Origin: a virus | Reading direction: 5' to 3' (one strand) | Length of the DNA: 64,000 bases | Virus record (IMG/VR): IMGVR_UViG_3300033058_000221 | Coordinates: 1 to 64,000 of that record | In this document: positions 60,368 to 64,000 of the stretch, piece after piece | Layout of the letters: the number at the start of each line of letters is the position of its first letter | Numbering within the stretch: position 1 is the stretch's first letter | The notes under the pieces: generated by a model | Told to the model about the DNA's origin: nothing | The model's database searches: none | What the model saw: only the letters and a program-made list of their open reading frames with translations | Program-made: the position numbers and the translations under genes

Positions 60368-60946
60368 ATGTCAGACACTGTAGACGAACTTATCGAAAAA
60401 ATAAACAACGAATTCGGTGAAGATTTCAAAGTGGATGAGCATGCACACGCACCTACGGCACACAGGCTGGTGGAGATGAATACAATCCCTGTAGGGTTAT
60501 ACCTCAATGAGCTGGTAGAGAACGGTAACTGTCTTTGTGGGCTACCCCTTTTTTTTCCAAAACAGCCGTCCGTAGATATTTATAGCCTCGATTTTGGATA
60601 TTTCGAAGATCTTGGATGCCATGATGATAATATAGCATATATAGAATTTGATGTTTATTGTCGTCGGGATCATCACCAAAACTTTGAATCCATATCTTTC
60701 AACGTCGCATGGGAAGGCCCGGAAGAGCTGCAATCAAGACTACTCTATAGCCAAGAGATAGACGTAGAAGCGTATGACGGCGCTAGGGCAGAAATCAATA
60801 AAAAGTGTGGACGGATCCGCAGCGAAGGCTGGCAGAAGTTGATAGCACTTTATGATCCGAATTCCTTTATCTGCCAATTTTTTCAATTTTACAAAAAGTT
60901 CACAGATACGACAGGAGAATATGTAAAACTCAGGGAGGGGCTGTAA
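60368..60946 (+). CDS. hypothetical protein, 192 aa
   Basis: AGGAGG RBS. No family recognised. Confidence 0.5.
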   Translation: MSDTVDELIEKINNEFGEDFKVDEHAHAPTAHRLVEMNTIPVGLYLNELVENGNCLCGLPLFFPKQPSVDIYSLDFGYFEDLGCHDDNIAYIEFDVYCRRDHHQNFESISFNVAWEGPEELQSRLLYSQEIDVEAYDGARAEINKKCGRIRSEGWQKLIALYDPNSFICQFFQFYKKFTDTTGEYVKLREGL

Positions 60947-61192
60947 ATGGAATCTAATTGGTTTGAATACAAAGGCAATATTATCAACCTTGACAACATC
61001 GAGGGCTTTCGTGTCCACAAGGCACGCAAAGAGGATATAGCCTACACCGATATATCAACGGCAAAAGGTAAAAAACTCTGGATTCTCCATGCCGGGTATA
61101 CCGCGCTGGATTCCTTTAGCACCAAAGACGAGGCGTTGCGTGTCGCTCGTGATATTATCGCCGGTAAGCATAAGGTGAAATTGCCGAAATGA
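60947..61192 (+). CDS. hypothetical protein, 81 aa
   Basis: Starts directly after the previous stop. Confidence 0.45.
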   Translation: MESNWFEYKGNIINLDNIEGFRVHKARKEDIAYTDISTAKGKKLWILHAGYTALDSFSTKDEALRVARDIIAGKHKVKLPK

Positions 61193-61389
61193 CCAGCTCA
61201 GAATATCGACAATTCATAGCTAACCGTGCTGCGATCTACAGGCGCATTATGACCGAGCGAAAACTAAAAGAGAAACCCGCGATCGACGCTCTTTGCGCCG
61301 GTCTGGACGTACTCAACGAACAATTCGCAGAGACGCTCGCCCGAAGTGTAGACCACAATAGACGGTCTTTTTATATACTCGCGCTTTGA
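61189..61389 (+). CDS. hypothetical protein, 66 aa
   Basis: ATGA overlap with the previous gene. Confidence 0.45.
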   Translation: MTSSEYRQFIANRAAIYRRIMTERKLKEKPAIDALCAGLDVLNEQFAETLARSVDHNRRSFYILAL

Positions 61390-61397
61390 AGGTAACA

Positions 61398-61967
61398 ATG
61401 CTTCAGTTTCTTAGCCCAGACAGCCGCTTTCGGATGTTGATCGACGAAGTATCACGCCAGATTCAGCACACCGATTTTTCGGATGCCAAGATCGCCGAGG
61501 CGTGTTTCACATCAAGGGAATTTGTCCGTCGGCAACGCAAATTTCTAAAACTCTGCCCAGATGGGGTATGCTTTAAAGAGGTTGAGATGCCAAAGAAAAT
61601 ACCGATCTCCCGGGAAGACTTACATCGTGAGTACGTCGAGAACGAAAAAACACTTGCAGAGTGTGCCGAATTCTTCGGTTGTTCAGTGGGTGTAATCATG
61701 AACAGAATGGAAGAATACGAGATACCAACACGATCACGTGGAGGTTTCCGGAAAAAATCGGAGACAACGTTAGAAGAAATAACAACACCGGATACTGAAA
61801 CCGAATTACTGGAAACTAAACTCAAAGAACCTTTTGAGGTTATCGAGGAGCGGAAGCGGATGTTGGAAAGGCTTGTCCTGCTCTCAATCTTTACAGAGAT
61901 GAGCATCCAAGAACTCTTGGAAGAGGCTCTGGAGATACTCTTTGAAAAATACGCTAAGGATGTGTAA
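61398..61967 (+). CDS. HTH DNA-binding protein (putative), 189 aa
   Basis: ATG 61398 with a GAAGG RBS. Two HTH-like segments, DAKIAEACFTSREFVRRQRK and KTLAECAEFFGCSVGVIMNRMEEYEI. Confidence 0.5.
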   Translation: MLQFLSPDSRFRMLIDEVSRQIQHTDFSDAKIAEACFTSREFVRRQRKFLKLCPDGVCFKEVEMPKKIPISREDLHREYVENEKTLAECAEFFGCSVGVIMNRMEEYEIPTRSRGGFRKKSETTLEEITTPDTETELLETKLKEPFEVIEERKRMLERLVLLSIFTEMSIQELLEEALEILFEKYAKDV

Positions 61968-61968
61968 T

Positions 61969-62166
61969 ATGAAAACAGGCACTAAAATTCGTTTCAAGGT
62001 GGCAAACTATAATGCCGGTAAACGCATAGAAGAGACAGGTGAAGTGGCAGACGGAACGGTTATCAGACGCGAGGGGAACGGTTTCGTTATTCGTGTAGAA
62101 GGGCATGAACTGCCGTTTTATGCCACGCATGATGATATTATCGAGGAAGGTGATGGCGAAGAATAG
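61969..62166 (+). CDS. hypothetical protein, 65 aa
   Basis: ATG 61969, 1 nt after the previous stop, with an AAGGA RBS. Confidence 0.45.
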   Translation: MKTGTKIRFKVANYNAGKRIEETGEVADGTVIRREGNGFVIRVEGHELPFYATHDDIIEEGDGEE

Positions 62167-62716
62167 AACGCATCTCGTTTTTCCGATCCTGCCGTCGGAA
62201 CTCAAGGCACTCGAATTAAGCAAACTCCCGGAACACATTGATATTGGGGGCTTGATCTTCACGCGCTATGAGATCGAACAGGCACTTCGCCGGTGGCAAC
62301 ACCGTAAACACCAGAACCCTTTACAACATCCGTCGCGCTCGCAGTATATCCGGACCCTTTTAAAATCACAAGCACAGACCGATGTCGCTGTCAAAAAGAT
62401 GCGGACGGCTTACGCGAAAATCCAAGACGATATAGAGGTGGCAAAAACCGACATTCTCTGTAAGATCACCGAGAAAGCCGACCTTGAACGCGACCTACAG
62501 CACGAGATCGCTTTAAGGCAGAACGCCGAACGCGAACAGAAAATAAGCGAGGATATCATCCAGGCACAGAAACGGAAACTTGACACCGCGGAGCAACAGG
62601 CTGAGCTCCTACGGAAAACCATTGAACGTTATGAAATCCGATACCAGACCATCAAGAACGAATACCCGCTGAACTGGCTACAACGGTTCATCGGCTGGGT
62701 TTTTAGGATATGCTAA
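62153..62716 (+). CDS. coiled-coil protein, 187 aa
   Basis: ATG 62153 preceded by GAGGA. Long heptad region (DLERDLQHEIALRQNAEREQKISEDIIQAQKRKLDTAEQQAELLRK). Confidence 0.45.
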   Translation: MAKNRTHLVFPILPSELKALELSKLPEHIDIGGLIFTRYEIEQALRRWQHRKHQNPLQHPSRSQYIRTLLKSQAQTDVAVKKMRTAYAKIQDDIEVAKTDILCKITEKADLERDLQHEIALRQNAEREQKISEDIIQAQKRKLDTAEQQAELLRKTIERYEIRYQTIKNEYPLNWLQRFIGWVFRIC

Positions 62717-63045
62717 TGAAACCTATAGAATTACTCGACGCGCGTATGCCACACGACCAAAACCGTTTCTGTCTGTTGGTGAAGATCGACTTTATCTATC
62801 ACAGAAAGAAAGATCCACCTTATACGCAGTGGGCGGATTACCGGAAAGTCGGGGACGCGTATATTCTATCAAGTATGGAGAATTGGCTGCCTGAAGAACT
62901 ACACCAGCTGACACCGGAGACGCACAAGATTAAGGTTGTTCCGAACAATGATAAACGGCAGATACGCCCTGTGCGCATAAAAAACGTTAGATCAAGTAGC
63001 TGGTATGACGGTTTTATGCCAGATAGAAGAGAAATCATTTACTGA
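62710..63045 (+). CDS. hypothetical protein, 111 aa
   Basis: ATG overlaps the previous stop. No family recognised. Confidence 0.45.
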   Translation: MLMKPIELLDARMPHDQNRFCLLVKIDFIYHRKKDPPYTQWADYRKVGDAYILSSMENWLPEELHQLTPETHKIKVVPNNDKRQIRPVRIKNVRSSSWYDGFMPDRREIIY

Positions 63046-63057
63046 TAGGAGGAAACC

Positions 63058-63237
63058 ATGTACCTTGTCCTACTCGCTAATGAAAGCGGTGAACAGGCAC
63101 ACAGCATCATCGAGGCAACGCACCCGCTTTTGCGATCGACACTTCAATCGCTCGCAAACACGCACCGATGCACCGTCATCGCACGACGGCTGCTCGGTCC
63201 GAGACAGACAGAGGAACTCAAATTTGAACCACAATAA
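63058..63237 (+). CDS. hypothetical protein, 59 aa (hand-called)
   Basis: Strong AGGAGG RBS 5 nt before ATG 63058. MYLVLLANESGEQAHSIIEATHPLLRSTLQSLANTHRCTVIARRLLGPRQTEELKFEPQ. It competes with the 5' part of track ORF 63005..63598, whose translation there is Arg/Ser-rich junk-like. Confidence 0.45.
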   Translation: MYLVLLANESGEQAHSIIEATHPLLRSTLQSLANTHRCTVIARRLLGPRQTEELKFEPQ

Positions 63238-63598
63238 GATCGTAGAGATACCCGACTCCCATTTCCAACACGACGAGGGCGACAAGGATACACCATCTCT
63301 ATATGACCGAATCATCGCAAAGAAACCGAAGAATAGATACCCGCGTCCGCCGATCTCTACCGTGTCGTTCTCGTGTCCGTCGTGTGGTGCCGAGACAAGC
63401 GTCTGGTGTCGTGACGAACATGGACGCGAGACGGAAGGTGTCTGCGAGGCACGCACAGCGATATACACAACGGTCTGTGACCGGTATGCCGAGAAAGTTG
63501 AAAACGGCAGCTTGCGTCTACATGTTATGACGCATGCCGATGTTGAAAAGGAAATCCAAAAACTTATACAGGAGGCAATCGCCAACTATGAACGATGA
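63224..63598 (+). CDS. zinc-ribbon-like protein, 124 aa (TTG start proposed)
   Basis: Same frame as track ORF 63005..63598. GAGGA lies 7 nt before TTG 63224. Cys pattern CPSCGAETSVWC...C. Confidence 0.35.
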   Translation: MNHNKIVEIPDSHFQHDEGDKDTPSLYDRIIAKKPKNRYPRPPISTVSFSCPSCGAETSVWCRDEHGRETEGVCEARTAIYTTVCDRYAEKVENGSLRLHVMTHADVEKEIQKLIQEAIANYER

Positions 63599-63887
63599 AA
63601 GACAAGATGAAAGACAAGATTTAGCACCCGACACGGACGAAGCCGCACCGCAGATGCACTATGAAGATTTGAAATATCCGCTGCTCCAGCGCGGACTGCC
63701 GGTCCCTTCGGCGATGGAAGACTACATTCGTGGATTAATCGTCCGCGATATGCTCAGCGACGAGGAGATCGAGCAGATCCGCAAAGAGATGGTACAAGCG
63801 TTCCAGAATGAAGGGCAGCCAGTGCCTAACAATTTTCACGAAAACTTTGATACATGGTTTCCGCACAATAAACCGAACAAACAGTAA
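63588..63887 (+). CDS. hypothetical acidic protein, 99 aa
   Basis: ATG 63588 overlaps the previous stop. MNDERQDERQDLAPD... Confidence 0.45.
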   Translation: MNDERQDERQDLAPDTDEAAPQMHYEDLKYPLLQRGLPVPSAMEDYIRGLIVRDMLSDEEIEQIRKEMVQAFQNEGQPVPNNFHENFDTWFPHNKPNKQ

Positions 63888-64000
63888 AATCGTGGAGAGC
63901 GGGGTAGAAGCGGACATTCGCCTGACCGCTGAAACTTTTGCTACTTGCGCCACCGGATCCGGCTCTCCGGTGGGCGTGGCGTGCACCCACGCATCCTTAA

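Noticed and set aside
63889-64000. Possible gene start (GTG about 63891, open to the window end) and two small GC hairpins.
   Set aside because: Only about 110 nt are available and there is no clear RBS, so it cannot be supported from this window.

Overview
The whole 64-kb window reads as one contiguous piece of a tailed dsDNA phage or prophage of a Gram-negative host. I saw no host housekeeping genes, no integrase, no reverse transcriptase and no CRISPR array. All calls come from reading the sequence and ORF translations by eye, with no searches run, so family names are motif-level recognitions and several start codons are approximate.

Layout:
1. 1-2186: a leftward (minus-strand) operon of six small genes ending in a RadC-like JAB protein. 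A conserved UUCG-tetraloop hairpin repeat punctuates it.
2. 2262-2803: a divergent control region. It holds a perfect consensus leftward promoter, an inverted repeat, an intrinsic terminator about 120 nt downstream, and a rightward promoter with a long leader hairpin.
3. 2715-3938: a visibly AT-rich, self-contained three-gene cassette (2-TM protein, winged-helix-like protein, C-terminally 3-TM protein).
4. 4454-27455: co-directional, tightly coupled plus-strand genes. These are a DNA-binding protein, a putative small terminase, the large terminase, portal, scaffold, capsid, about 13 virion/tail-fibre genes and repeat-module receptor-binding-like proteins.
5. 27590-31561: an envelope/lysis block with a membrane-anchored staphylococcal-type nuclease, a holin-like gene and a T4-type lysozyme.
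6. 31561-32797: an IF-1 homologue, a beta-barrel outer-membrane-like protein and a tRNA(CAT) with its own promoter.
7. 33.2-41 kb: an accessory island. It encodes a HAD phosphatase fusion, an FGGY-like sugar kinase, a nucleotidyltransferase, an FkbM-type methyltransferase, two GT25-like glycosyltransferases, a tandem-duplicated 697-aa transferase-like protein and a lipoprotein HExxH peptidase.
8. 41-43.2 kb: four tandem paralogues of a small Cys-motif protein.
9. 44-47 kb: Gly-rich, Arg/Asp-rich and Cys-rich proteins that look like internal/ejection proteins.
10. 47154-59981: a single 4275-aa ORF with ParB-like, strawberry-notch-type SF2 helicase and RadC/JAB motifs, plus more than 2000 aa I cannot assign.
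11. 60-64 kb: small genes.

The best candidates for something undescribed are the giant polyvalent ORF together with its upstream ejection-like block, and the phage-borne sugar activation, methylation and transfer island.
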